64,000 nucleotides of DNA from Candidatus Latescibacterota bacterium (GCA_965198115.1 OZ240241.1:8224001-8288000); one strand, 5' to 3'; shown: positions 52,410-63,014, counted from the stretch's first letter. Notes: generated from the letters alone by a model not told the origin. Numbers and translations are program-made.

Positions 52410-52442
52410 TACGCCGGCTTTCTTCGGAGGGCCGGCGTTTTC
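52410..52442. terminator. Hairpin terminator between convergent units
   Basis: ACGCCGGCTTT-CTTCGG-AGGGCCGGCGT followed by TTT. Confidence 0.65.
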
Positions 52443-52455
52443 TGGTTGGTGTGAT

Positions 52456-53196
52456 TCAAAACTGAGCCCGCCCCCCCGAGCAATCAAAACACTGACCCGT
52501 CGTGAACGAGGATTCGTCCGAACAGAGGAAGTGGAAGGTCGCGGCGACCTCTTCCGGGCGTCCAAGCCGTCCGATCGGAATCTTGGAGGTCAGAAAGTCG
52601 ACGCGTTCCTGGTCCATGCCTTCGAGAAGCGGGGAATCGATGAGGGCGGGTGCCACGCAGTTCACCCGGATACCCTCGGACATGACTTCCTTGGCCAGGA
52701 CCTTTGTGAAGTTGATGACGCCGGCTTTGGAGACGGAGTAGGGGGCCATGTTGGCGTTCCCCTCTTTGCCGGAGATCGATGCCATGGAGACGATGGCGCC
52801 GGATCGGTTGGGGAGCATGGCGTTGACGGCCGCGCGTGCGCACAGGTAGGTGCCCTTGAGGTTGACATCCATCACGCGGTCCCACTCGCTCACGTCCAGG
52901 TCTTTGACGGGTGTATCATTACCGACGATGCCTGCGTTGTTGACGAGAATGTCAAGACGGCCAAAAGCCCCGAGCGTAGAGGCGAAGGCGGACGCGACAC
53001 TGTCAGGATCGCTGACGTCGCAATGCTCGGCGATCGCACCGCCCGAGAGATCGCTCGCCGTCGTCTTCGCCATCTCGAGATTGACGTCGAGAATGGCCAC
53101 CCGCGCACCCTCGCTGGCGAGTCGCTCGGCGATCGCCTTCCCGATTCCGCACGCGGCACCCGTAACAATAGCGGTCCTGCCTTCGAGCGAGGCCAT
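52456..53196 (-). CDS. Short-chain dehydrogenase/reductase (FabG-like)
   Basis: TGAACGIG, NNAG, YSVSK, VNCVAP, GRLGRPEEVA. Confidence 0.9.
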   Translation of the reverse strand: MASLEGRTAIVTGAACGIGKAIAERLASEGARVAILDVNLEMAKTTASDLSGGAIAEHCDVSDPDSVASAFASTLGAFGRLDILVNNAGIVGNDTPVKDLDVSEWDRVMDVNLKGTYLCARAAVNAMLPNRSGAIVSMASISGKEGNANMAPYSVSKAGVINFTKVLAKEVMSEGIRVNCVAPALIDSPLLEGMDQERVDFLTSKIPIGRLGRPEEVAATFHFLCSDESSFTTGQCFDCSGGRAQF

Positions 53197-53523
53197 CACG
53201 TCCTCCTGTGGATGAAACTGAGATTCTTCAAGATTGAATGTGGATCGATTAGAGACGCTCCTCAAGACCGTTGGAAAACCCCGTCTCCCACGCAATAGCG
53301 GACCACGTAGAGGCGGCCACGAGCAACGCGGCCCGTTCACATCCGGACTTCAGGTCGTCACCCCAGCAGTCACACACCTGGATCGTACTGCCGGCGTGGG
53401 CCACAAGCCCCCGCGGCGCGTGAGCGGGACTTTTCTGCTTCTCTTTTGGTCACAAAAGAGAAGAGTACAGATAGATAATGCAAAGAAGGTTAGAGTCGTT
53501 CCATTCATCTGCGTGAAGAACTA

Positions 53524-54690
53524 GTGTCACGTCCCGCGTATAAGCTTCAAAAGTTTATGGACTTTCTCGAGGATTGAATCTGCCGTGGCGGTCCAGACGA
53601 AGGGTGTAGAATTCTCGTTGTAGTGATCAGTGAATTTCTTGATGCAGGCGATCAGGTCCTTGACGCTTCTGAAGGTGCCTCGTCGAATGGCTCTTTGGGT
53701 GATGATACCGAACCAGATCTCTACCTGGTTCAGCCAGGAGGCATATGTTGGTGTGTAGTGCACGTGATATCGTTTCCGTGAGGCGAGCCAACGCTTGACG
53801 TTCGGGTGCTTGTGCGTGCCGTAATTATCGACGACCAGATGGATGTCGAGATCCTTTGGGACGTTCTTGTCGATGTGCTTGAGGAACTGAAGGAACTCTT
53901 TGTTGCGGTGTCTGGGCTTGCACTGAGTCAGAACTTTGCCGGATGCGATGTTGAGCGCTGCAAAGAGGGTGGTCGTGCCGTTCCGGATATAGCTGTGAGT
54001 GACGCCCTCGACGTATCCGAGACCCAAAGGAAGAATCGGTTGTGTCCGTTCGAGTGCTTGAATCTGGCTCTTCTCGTCTACACAGAGCACCATCGCGTTG
54101 TCCGGTGGGTTCAGGTATAGACCGACGATATCCCTGACTTTCTCGACGAAGAAGGGATCGTTCGACAGTTTGAAGTGCTTCTGTCGATGCGGTTGCAGCC
54201 CAAAAGCTTTCCATACACGTTGAACCGAGGACTTGGAGAGCCCCGTCTCGTCGGCCATCGAACGACAGGTCCCAGTGGGTGGCACCCTTCGGTTGCTTCT
54301 TGAGCGTCTTGTAGATGAGGGAGGAGATCTCTTCGTCGCTGACCGACCGTGGCCCTCCAGGACGCAATTCGTCATACAGTCCCATCAAGCCTTGCTCGCA
54401 GAAGCGACGACGCCACTTGCCGACAGACGCTCCGGACAACCCGACTCGTTCCGCGATCTCCTGATTGGTCAGACCGCAATCGCTCATCAAGACGATCTTC
54501 GCGCGACGCACCAAAGCGTGAGACATGCTACGCGAACGAGACAATGACTCGAGTTGATCGTGGACCTCATCACTGATGTTCAGTGGCTGTAACGGACGAC
54601 CTCTAGCCATCGGTTCCTCCCAAGAATGAGTGCTTGAGGAACCATACGACAGAATCGAATATTTTTCTAGTTATTCCTGGGACGTGACAC
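53524..54690 (-). mobile_element. IS630-family insertion sequence
   Basis: 12-bp perfect IR GTGTCACGTCCC, flanked by TA at 53522-23 and 54691-92. Confidence 0.93.
53527..54610 (-). CDS. IS630 transposase, frameshift at ~54272
   Basis: HTH N-part (53825..54610) and DDE part VDEKSQIQAL, DNYGTHK, SWLNQVE; removing one G in TGGGAC restores HWTCRSMA. Confidence 0.88.
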
Positions 54691-55793
54691 TATATTTCGA
54701 GCTGATACGACACTGCAATGAGATCAGCCAACCGCCGGTGAATTCGCGAGAAAGCTAACGACTGAAGGTCGTCCTGCGACACCCAATCAATCCGGGTGTA
54801 GCCATCGGGTCGGCATGTTTCCCCTTCGGCGACACCCTCGTAGGCGTGAAGCACGAGATCGAAGTGCGTGAACGTATGATGCAGGGTCTGGATCTTCCGT
54901 TCAACCGTCACGCTCAGACCGATTCGCTCGGAAAGCGCGCTCGACCATTCCTGTTTTATCGCCCCGGGAGAGACCGGCGCGGAAGGAAACTCCCACAGAC
55001 CGCCGAGCAACCCCTGATCGGGCCGTCGGGCAACGAGCACGGCATCGCCCCTTCGTAGAACGACGGTGACTTCGGTTCGCTGCCGGCGCGCGGGGCGTGG
55101 GGATTTACGCGGAATCTCGGACTCGATTCCGAGTTCTCGGGCTCGACAGTGGCGGTGAATCGGACACCGATCACAATCGGGATGCCGGGCAGCGCAGAGG
55201 GTGGCCCCGAGCTCCATGATCGCCTGGTTGTAATCTCCAGGATGTTGCGTGTCGAGCAGCGATTGTGCGATCTCGGCGATGGCCTTCTTCGTGTCGGTCT
55301 TCGTGACGTCGTCGCGGATGGCGCATAACCGCGTGAGAACTCGGATGACGTTGCCGTCGACGACGGCGTGGGGCGCGTCGAACGCGATGCTGAGGACCGC
55401 TGCCGTCGTGTAGGGACCGAATCCCTTGAGTCGGGCAAGCTCGTCATACGTGTCGGGCAGACAGCCTCCGTGGCGGCTGACGATCTCGGCAGCCGCGGCG
55501 TGCAGGTTCCTCGCGCGGGAGTAATAGCCCAGTCCCTCCCAGCACTTGAGAATGTCGTCGAGGGGCGCAGAGGCCAGAGATTCGATCGTCGGGAATCGAT
55601 CGAGAAATCGGTTGAAGTAGGGGACGACGGTCTCGACCTGGGTTTGCTGCAGCATGAACTCGGACACGACGACGCGATACGGAGATGGATCGTCTCGCCA
55701 CGGCAGGTCCCGTTGCGCGCGACGATACCACGCCAGGAGTGAACGTCTGAGTCCCGCACGTTGCCTCCCTGCGGGGGCTTCGTGGACGGTCAC
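54690..55793 (-). CDS. mutY: A/G-specific adenine glycosylase
   Basis: RDLPWR, SEFMLQQTQV, WEGLGYYSRARNL, VDGNV.RV, CAARHPDCDRCPI...C FeS motif, GLWEFP NUDIX-like domain. Confidence 0.95.
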   Translation of the reverse strand: MTVHEAPAGRQRAGLRRSLLAWYRRAQRDLPWRDDPSPYRVVVSEFMLQQTQVETVVPYFNRFLDRFPTIESLASAPLDDILKCWEGLGYYSRARNLHAAAAEIVSRHGGCLPDTYDELARLKGFGPYTTAAVLSIAFDAPHAVVDGNVIRVLTRLCAIRDDVTKTDTKKAIAEIAQSLLDTQHPGDYNQAIMELGATLCAARHPDCDRCPIHRHCRARELGIESEIPRKSPRPARRQRTEVTVVLRRGDAVLVARRPDQGLLGGLWEFPSAPVSPGAIKQEWSSALSERIGLSVTVERKIQTLHHTFTHFDLVLHAYEGVAEGETCRPDGYTRIDWVSQDDLQSLAFSRIHRRLADLIAVSYQLEI

Positions 55794-57915
55794 CTCAACG
55801 CCTCTATCTGTTTTCGAACAGCCTGCGCCGCGCCTGGCGCGCCCTTCCATCTGTTCAGAAACCCCTCGTATGCAGCGATCGCTCCGGTGGTGTCACCCAG
55901 CGCGACGAGGACCTCGCCCCGCGTGTAATAAGCGGGAACATACTCGTCGGTCAGCGCGAAGACCGCGTCCAACGCCTCGAGCGCTTCCGTCCATTTGCCC
56001 TGCCGCTGCCGCACCGCGGCCGTTCGGTAATGTGCGGAGACTCTGGTCGAGTCACGTGCGAGGATGCCGGACAGTTCTTCGAGCGCTTCGTCATAACGTT
56101 CGGCGATCTCGAGTGTGGATGCGAGTTCGAGCCGAATATCGAGGGGTCTCTTCGTGTCGAGCTGAATGGCGGAACGATAAGCGTCGATGGCCCGATCGTA
56201 AGAGGCCTTGCCCCGGTAGGCCGCGGCGAGGTTGACGTAGGATTCAACGTGATTGGGCTGCAACGTCCGGATTTCCTGCAGCGGCGCGATCGCTTCGTCG
56301 TACCGGCCGAGAGCGCTGAGGGACCTGCCCAGGTTGTTGAGGGCGTTGACGAAGTGGGGGTGGTATTGGAGACACGCCTTCTGATCGGCGACGGCGCCTG
56401 CATAGTCGCCGCCATGATGTCTTGCGACGCCACGCATCAGATAGATCTGAGGGTCGAATCGACCGTGGCGCAGGGCCTCGGTCGCAGTCTGTTCGACAGC
56501 CGGCCAGTTGCCAGCCAGGCTCCATTCGAAGGCGATCGCGTTGGCGCGGTCGAAGCGAACGGCTTTGAGCGACAGGAGCGAGGCCGCGACCGTGGCGCAC
56601 GCGCCGGCGATGAAGAGTCGATTGATCTGTGGGAAGTATCGTGTCGTCGGTTTGCTGCACAGGGCGATGATGGCGACAACCACGTGAGCGTGGAGGAGGC
56701 GATGCGTTCGGACGGAAAACTGAAAAAGGCCTGGGCCCCGATCGCGACCAGACCCGTCGTGGCTGCGAGGACGAGCAGATTCTGGTCCTCGTCCTCAGAT
56801 TGGGTTCCTCGGATTCCGAGAAAGACGGCGATCCCGAACAGGGCGAGGTAGGCAGCCCCGCCGAGCACACCCAGTTCGGCGATCATCCAGAGGTAATCGT
56901 TGTGGGGGCGTCTGGGTAGTCCCCCTTTCCACGTCACATCGCCTCCGTCGTAGGCGGTGTAGACATACTGCCAGTTCCCCGGACCGACACCGTGGGGGTG
57001 ATCGGCGATCAGAGGGACCGTGTTGCGCCACATGGTGAGTCGGTCTTTGTCCGAGCCGGGTTGGAAGAGCGACGTGACGGCGCCGGACAGTTCGGTTTTT
57101 TCCCGACTGTGGCTGTCGTAACCGAATCCCCCCATGTCCGGCGACACGGTCAGACCGAGGATGATGGCGAGGAGGGCGGGAATCGCGATGCGAGGGAGGG
57201 ACCTCCCGATGCGACTTGCGAGCCGGGGTTGGGTCTTTCGAAGGAAAACGAAGATCCCAACGGCACTCAAGACACAAGCGAGTCCGAGACCGGCCCAGGC
57301 AGCACGGGTTCGCGTGGCGAGGAGGAAGGCGGTGAGCAGGGCCAGGTTGAGTGCCCACAGGAGGCGTTGACTGTGATCGCTACGAATGAGGAGATAGAGG
57401 GTCCACGGAATGGCCTGAATCAGGAACATGGCCGCGTAGTTTCTGTAGCCGAACGTGGCGCTCGGCATGCCGCCGGAAGAGAGACCGAGGAAGGCCACAC
57501 CCGTGTACTGGCACAAGCCGATGACGTTGACGACGCCTGCCGTTCCGCACGCTGCTACGATAACGGGTCGAAAATCGCGAAGCGTCATGGTCTGCAGGCA
57601 GACGAAGAAGAGACAAGCCAGCGTGAACTTCTGCGCAATCTGAACGGTGGCCTCGACACGATTGACCGCCCAGATGGAGGTGACGAGGCCGGAGGCGAGG
57701 ACGAGTCCGATCGGAAGCAGGAGGGGGCTTGTGCGTGCCTTTCTGATTCGCAACTGCGCAGCGCGAATGAAGAGCGCGAGTAGACCGAGTTGCAGGACGA
57801 GGAGCTTGATGTAGTAGGCATCCAGAATCGCGGTGTCTTCGAGCGCGAGGGGGACCGCGATGACCGTGAGTATGAGGATCGTCCGGAAGGTTCGGTCGAC
57901 GGGTGCCTCAGTCAC
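55790..57915 (-). CDS. O-antigen ligase-like + TPR protein (paralog 4); frameshift at ~56683
   Basis: PSATFGYRN, TRTRAAWAG, GVGPGNW, RPHNDYLW, FSFPSER in ORF 56437..58197; TPR half in 55790..56683. Confidence 0.82.
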
Positions 57916-58237
57916 GCGATGTCTCGTCTTCGCCCAGTCCCACGATGGTTCTGGCGTGCTCTTTAACGATTTCGGCAGGGGTAAAGCGGATGAGGTTGTG
58001 GACGGCCAGCAGCAGGATGACGACGTCTTCGACGAGGCCGAGCGGAGGCAGGATCGCTTCGGGGATGATGTCGAAGGGAGAGACGACATAGATCGTGGCG
58101 AAGACGAGGAAAATTCTGTGCAAGATGGGCGCACGTCGCTCGAAGAGGAGTCTGAACGCGAGCCGAACGTATTGCGGCAACTTGGTGACGATGGCAAAGA
58201 AGCCCCGCAGAGGTAGACGATGAATGGGGATTCTCAT
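57908..58237 (-). CDS. DUF1232 / YkvA family small membrane protein
   Basis: YVVSPFDIIPE...LGLVEDV motif. Confidence 0.85.
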   Translation of the reverse strand: MRIPIHRLPLRGFFAIVTKLPQYVRLAFRLLFERRAPILHRIFLVFATIYVVSPFDIIPEAILPPLGLVEDVVILLLAVHNLIRFTPAEIVKEHARTIVGLGEDETSRD

Positions 58238-58244
58238 GACAACC

Positions 58245-59903
58245 TCAATTGACGTGCCGAACAGCGTGTCTGTCTCTCAGGACAGAACGCTGCACCTTCC
58301 CGGTCGATGTCTTGGGGAGATCGTCTGCGTTCACGGTTACCACCTCGGTTGGCGCTTCGTATGGACTCAGTCCTCGAATCTTGCCACGGGATGCTAGGTC
58401 CCGAATCTCGTCTGCTCGAGCGACTGCCTCCGCATCGGTCACCCCCGCCGCGAGGACGAGGACGGCGCAGACTTTTTCCCCGAATCGTTCGGATGGGATT
58501 CCGATGACGTAGGCTCCTTCCAGATCGTCGAGCCCCTCGACGAGCGCGTTCTCGACGGCGATCGGGGAGATGTTCACGCCGCCTTTGATGATGATCTCTT
58601 TCGCGCGCCCGTGAATGTAGTAGTATCGCTCGCCGTCGTGTTCCTTCCAGCACCCGATGTCGCCCGTGCGAAACCAACCGTTGCTGAAAGCGTCGGCCGT
58701 GGCATCCGGCTGGTTGAGGTAACCGGCCGACACGACCGGACCGCGAACGAGGATTTCACCCAGCTCTCCTTCTCCAGGATCGCCGTCGATCCGGACGTTG
58801 CTGTAGGTCAGCTCGCGGCCGATAGAGTTGGATTCCAGGAGGTGTCGGTAAGAGTCCTGGTCGAGTCCGGGAGGGACACCCGTGACGCGCAGACTGACTT
58901 CGGTCGTTCCGTAGCCCTGGACGAGACGCACACCGAAGGTGTCGACGAATCGGCACGCTGCGCCAGAGGGAACGGGGGCGGACCCGATCATGATTTTTCG
59001 AAGATGCCTCAGTTCGTCGGGCGAGGGCTTGGGGTCTAAGGCGAGCAGGTCGTGCATGATCGTCGGGACGATGCTGGAGGCCGTCGCACGTTCTTCGATC
59101 AGGCCGGGCCAAAACGCGTGGACCGAATACCGACTGTTGAGGATGAGTGTGCCACCGGTCATGAGCGTGGTGAGGGAGAAGACGGTGGAGTTGACGTGAT
59201 GGAGGGGGAGGACGAGACTGAGCCGATCGGTCTCGTCGAACTCCAACCACCGTATGATGCCGTCGGCGTTGCTCGTCAGGCTCTGACGTGTGAGCAGCGC
59301 TCCTTTGGGATTTCCCGTTGTTCCCGAGGTGTAGAGGACGACGTTGGGTGCCTGCTGTTCCTTGGGGTCGTCAGCCCAGTCGGGCTCGAGCTCGACGGAC
59401 TCACCCTTTGGGGGACCCAGCAGTTCGTCGGAGGAAACGACCTGCGTGTCAGGCAGGATGGCCTGCTCTTCCTCGACGACATCGGTTTGTGCGCAGACGA
59501 GCCTGGCGGTTGAATCGCCAACTTTGAATCGCTTGCGATCGGGGACGTCCCGTTTCAGGTCGAGCGGTACCGAGGTGGCGCCGAGTCTGAACAGGGCGAG
59601 CGTGAGGAGTGGAATCTCGAGACAGTTGGGGAGCGCGAGCGCGACGCGATCGCCGGGGCCGACATCGTATGCGCGATGTAGCGTGGTCGCGATCTGCCCC
59701 GTCAGTGATTCGAGTTCAGCGTAGGTCGTCTCGGTCCTGGAGCCCGAGTCGACGTCGCGAAAGACGATGGCGACCTGGTCTCCGCGTTCGGCTGCACGGT
59801 CTTGCAACAGGGCGGTGAAGCTCCGCCACGGAAACCGGTAGGGTTGCGGGCGACCGTCCTTTTCGCACGCGAAGACCGGAGATGTCGGCGCGAGGACGGT
59901 CAC
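58245..59903 (-). CDS. Class I adenylate-forming enzyme (acyl/aryl-CoA ligase-like)
   Basis: LYTSGTTGNPKG, GYGTTE, GWFRTGD, GRAKEIIIKGGVNI, LPKTSTGKVQR. Confidence 0.88.
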   Translation of the reverse strand: MTVLAPTSPVFACEKDGRPQPYRFPWRSFTALLQDRAAERGDQVAIVFRDVDSGSRTETTYAELESLTGQIATTLHRAYDVGPGDRVALALPNCLEIPLLTLALFRLGATSVPLDLKRDVPDRKRFKVGDSTARLVCAQTDVVEEEQAILPDTQVVSSDELLGPPKGESVELEPDWADDPKEQQAPNVVLYTSGTTGNPKGALLTRQSLTSNADGIIRWLEFDETDRLSLVLPLHHVNSTVFSLTTLMTGGTLILNSRYSVHAFWPGLIEERATASSIVPTIMHDLLALDPKPSPDELRHLRKIMIGSAPVPSGAACRFVDTFGVRLVQGYGTTEVSLRVTGVPPGLDQDSYRHLLESNSIGRELTYSNVRIDGDPGEGELGEILVRGPVVSAGYLNQPDATADAFSNGWFRTGDIGCWKEHDGERYYYIHGRAKEIIIKGGVNISPIAVENALVEGLDDLEGAYVIGIPSERFGEKVCAVLVLAAGVTDAEAVARADEIRDLASRGKIRGLSPYEAPTEVVTVNADDLPKTSTGKVQRSVLRDRHAVRHVN

Positions 59904-59905
59904 GG

Positions 59906-60985
59906 TTACGGGGCCAGCGCGTTTTGGCGGAGGTAGTGATCGACGAGGACGAGAGCGGTCATGGCCTCGACCATGGGCACCGCTCTTGGCAGCACGCAGG
60001 GATCGTGGCGGCCACGGCCCTTCAAAGTCGTGGGATTACCGTCGACATCGACCGTGTTCTGTTCTTTGAGAATCGTCGCCGTCGGTTTGAAGGCGGCGCG
60101 AATCACGATGTCCTCACCGTTGGAGATACCACCCTGAATGCCCCCCGAACGGTTGGTTTCCGTGGCGATGCGCCCTTCTTTGATGACGAAGGCGTCGTTG
60201 TGTGTCGATCCCGTGAGCAGCGTTCCCGCGAATCCGGATCCCGATTCGAATCCCTTGCACGCCGGGAGGGAGAGCATGGCCTTGGCGAGGTCTGCTTCGA
60301 GTTTATCGAAGACGGGAGCCCCGAGTCCCGACGGTACCTGACGTGCCACGGCCTCGACGACGCCTCCGAGTGAGTCGCCGTCTTTCCGCGCCTCGTCGAT
60401 TCGAGCGATCATCTGTTCGGCGGTCGACGGATCGGGGCAGCGGGCGATGTTCGCGTCGACGTCCTCGCGCTTGACCGAGGAACTGTCGACTTCCGCTTCG
60501 ATCTTCTGCACACGCGCCACCCACGCGACGATCTCGGTTCCACACCGTTCACGCAGGATCTTCTGTGCGATGGCTCCTGCGGCGACGCGCCCGATGGTCT
60601 CCCGCGCGCTCGCCCGGCCACCTCCCTTCCAGTTCCGGATGCCGTATTTCGCCTGATAGGTAAAGTCGGCGTGTGAGGGACGATACTTCAGACGCATTTC
60701 TTCGTAGTCCTGAGATCGGGCGTCCTTGTTCCGGACGAGGAGGGAAATGGGCGTGCCCAGGGTTAGCCCTTCGAACACGCCGGACAGAATCTCAACGCGG
60801 TCTTCTTCCTGACGCTGGGTCGTGATGCGGCTCTGGCCCGGTCGCCGTCGATCGAGGTCCGCCTGAATGTCGTCGTTCGAGAGTGCGAGTCCGGGTGGAC
60901 AACCGTCGACGACCGCACCGATACCGCCTCCGTGTGACTCACCCCACGTGGTGAGTCGAAAGAGGTGGCCGAAGGTATTTCCCAT
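59906..60985 (-). CDS. aroC: Chorismate synthase
   Basis: [49 protein letters not shown]. Confidence 0.97.
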   Translation of the reverse strand: MGNTFGHLFRLTTWGESHGGGIGAVVDGCPPGLALSNDDIQADLDRRRPGQSRITTQRQEEDRVEILSGVFEGLTLGTPISLLVRNKDARSQDYEEMRLKYRPSHADFTYQAKYGIRNWKGGGRASARETIGRVAAGAIAQKILRERCGTEIVAWVARVQKIEAEVDSSSVKREDVDANIARCPDPSTAEQMIARIDEARKDGDSLGGVVEAVARQVPSGLGAPVFDKLEADLAKAMLSLPACKGFESGSGFAGTLLTGSTHNDAFVIKEGRIATETNRSGGIQGGISNGEDIVIRAAFKPTATILKEQNTVDVDGNPTTLKGRGRHDPCVLPRAVPMVEAMTALVLVDHYLRQNALAP

Positions 60986-61126
60986 TGCAGTAAGTCTTTC
61001 TGTATGCGGGGGTTAGGGCATGCCAATTTACTCAATCCCCCCATGGGGGTCAAGCCAAGCCACCTTGACACGGTTCGCGAGCGGGGGCTATCTTGGGCGC
61101 GCTTCACCTCCCTAACGGAGTATACG

Positions 61127-61900
61127 ATGCGGCCCGGCATTCTCGAAGAGATGACGATCGACGACGTTCGAGCCCTCGATCCGAATGTTTGCGTGTTTCC
61201 GATCGGCTCGACGGAGCCGCACGGCCCGGCACTGCCCTATGGGACGGACAGTTTTCAGGTCGAGGCGGCGAGCTACGGTGGAACCGTTCGAGCGAACGAC
61301 CTGGGTGGCCGGGTGCTGTGCTTTCCGACTCAGCGAGTCAGTCTTAACAACAACTTTCGGGCCTTCCCGTTCGCGTGTCGAATGCAGGTTTCGACATTCA
61401 TGCGCCTGCTCGTGGACCTGGTCGTGATGTGCGAAAAGGAGGGCGTGCGGCGTTTCGTTTTCGTGAATGGGCACGGCGGGAACCCGGACGTCATTCGAGC
61501 GGTTCAACGGGATCTATCGGCACGAGACGGGATTTCCACTTTCCTGATCAGCACGAGTCATTGTGCGGACAAGGAAATGTTGAACGCGATGTGGGAGAAT
61601 CGCAGCGATCACGCCGGGGAGGAAGAGACGTCGATGGTCATGCACTTGAGGCCCGACCTTGTTCGGACAAACAGGATCGACGATCGACCCAGAAATGCTC
61701 CCATCGTGGACGTCGTGAACGAATTCAAACCGGACTTTGTCCGTCCCTGGCACCTCTACATTCCGACGTCGGCCGGCGGTGACGCGCGTCAGGCCTCGGC
61801 GGAAAAGGGTGAACGTGCGATCTCGTCGTCGATCGACGGGATGGGTCGGTTTTTGGCCGGTATTTCTGAAGCGCCCGACACGGACACCTTTCCCTACTGA
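61127..61900 (+). CDS. Creatininase family amidohydrolase
   Basis: PIGSTEPHGPALPYGTD, NGHGGN, DHAGEEETS, ASAEKG. Confidence 0.88.
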   Translation: MRPGILEEMTIDDVRALDPNVCVFPIGSTEPHGPALPYGTDSFQVEAASYGGTVRANDLGGRVLCFPTQRVSLNNNFRAFPFACRMQVSTFMRLLVDLVVMCEKEGVRRFVFVNGHGGNPDVIRAVQRDLSARDGISTFLISTSHCADKEMLNAMWENRSDHAGEEETSMVMHLRPDLVRTNRIDDRPRNAPIVDVVNEFKPDFVRPWHLYIPTSAGGDARQASAEKGERAISSSIDGMGRFLAGISEAPDTDTFPY

Positions 61901-61910
61901 GGAATCCAAC

Positions 61911-63011
61911 GTGGTTACCTACCGAGATCTGGAGATTCGACCTTTCATCAACGCCAGTGGCACGATCACGACGCTGGGTGGCAGCATCATGGACGAGGAA
62001 GTGATCGATGCCATGCGCGAAGCGTCGAAGTCGTTCATCGATCTGAACGCTCTGAACGAGGAAGCCGGCAGCTATCTGGCTCGGAGGATCGGCGTTCCCG
62101 CCGCCTTCATCTCCTGCGGAGCCGCGAGTGGCATGCAGCTTTCGGCAGCGGCCTGTCTGACCGGTACGGATCCCGCACGCGTCCGAGAGTTGCCGAGAAC
62201 CGAGGGCTGGCGGAATCGATTCGTGATCAGTATGGTCGACCGACACACCTACATTCATCAAGGTATCGAGGTGTGCGGGGGGACGCTGGTCCGGGTGGGC
62301 ACGGATAAAGGCGTGACGGACGACGATATCGTCAACGGGATCGACGATCAGACGGCGGCGGTCGTCCATTTTCTGGGCAAGCAGAGTCTCGAACAGTTGG
62401 AGCGAGTCGCGGCCGGCGCCGCCGAGCGGGGGGTACCCGTCATGGTCGATGCAGCCGCGCAGCTGCCGCCGCGAACGAACCTGGTCGACGTCCTGGGGGC
62501 GGGAGCCAGCCTGGTAACCTTCAGCGGTGGGAAAGGCTTGAGTGGGCCGCAAAATTCGGGTCTCGTCCTCGGGAAGCTGGAGTATGTGGAGGCGGTACGG
62601 ATGAACGCGAGTCCGCAGAGCGGGGTCGGCCGTGGGATGAAGGTCGGCAAGGAGGAGATCCTGGGTCTGCTGACGGCCGTCGATCGGTTCCTGAAGGGGA
62701 GCGACGGAGAAGACCGGACGACGTGGGAGTGTCGGGCTACGTCGGTTGTGAAGGCCGTCGAAGACATTGCAGGCGTAAAGGCGTTCGTGGGGCGAGAAGG
62801 CCAGGCGGCGAGTCCCGACTTTGCGCCTCGCGCTTACATCGAACTGGAGGAAGATCGGTTGGACAACGTCATACAACGGCTGCGGGAAGGATCTCCGTCG
62901 ATCGTGATCCGGCGCGCGGGAGACCAGCTGTGTGTGGATCCCATGACGTTGCAGGATGGGGAAGAGGAGGTTGTGGGGGAGAGGCTGAGAGCGGTCCTAA
63001 GTGACCATTGA
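61911..63011 (+). CDS. SelA-like / DgaE-family PLP-dependent enzyme
   Basis: INASGT.T.LGGS, VDAAA, FSGGK...GPQ, GRGMKVGKEEI.G; lacks the N-terminal extension of true SelA. Confidence 0.85.
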   Translation: MVTYRDLEIRPFINASGTITTLGGSIMDEEVIDAMREASKSFIDLNALNEEAGSYLARRIGVPAAFISCGAASGMQLSAAACLTGTDPARVRELPRTEGWRNRFVISMVDRHTYIHQGIEVCGGTLVRVGTDKGVTDDDIVNGIDDQTAAVVHFLGKQSLEQLERVAAGAAERGVPVMVDAAAQLPPRTNLVDVLGAGASLVTFSGGKGLSGPQNSGLVLGKLEYVEAVRMNASPQSGVGRGMKVGKEEILGLLTAVDRFLKGSDGEDRTTWECRATSVVKAVEDIAGVKAFVGREGQAASPDFAPRAYIELEEDRLDNVIQRLREGSPSIVIRRAGDQLCVDPMTLQDGEEEVVGERLRAVLSDH

Positions 63012-63014
63012 CCC

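Noticed and set aside
54260-54285. Programmed frameshift in the IS630 transposase
   Set aside because: No A-rich slippery heptamer at the break; a single extra G in a G run explains it.
61911-63011. SelA-like gene as support for selenocysteine at the TGA codons in the repeat lipoprotein
   Set aside because: It is the short DgaE/SelA-like type next to a creatininase, with no selB/selD nearby, and the TGA positions align with Arg/Asp/Glu, not Cys.
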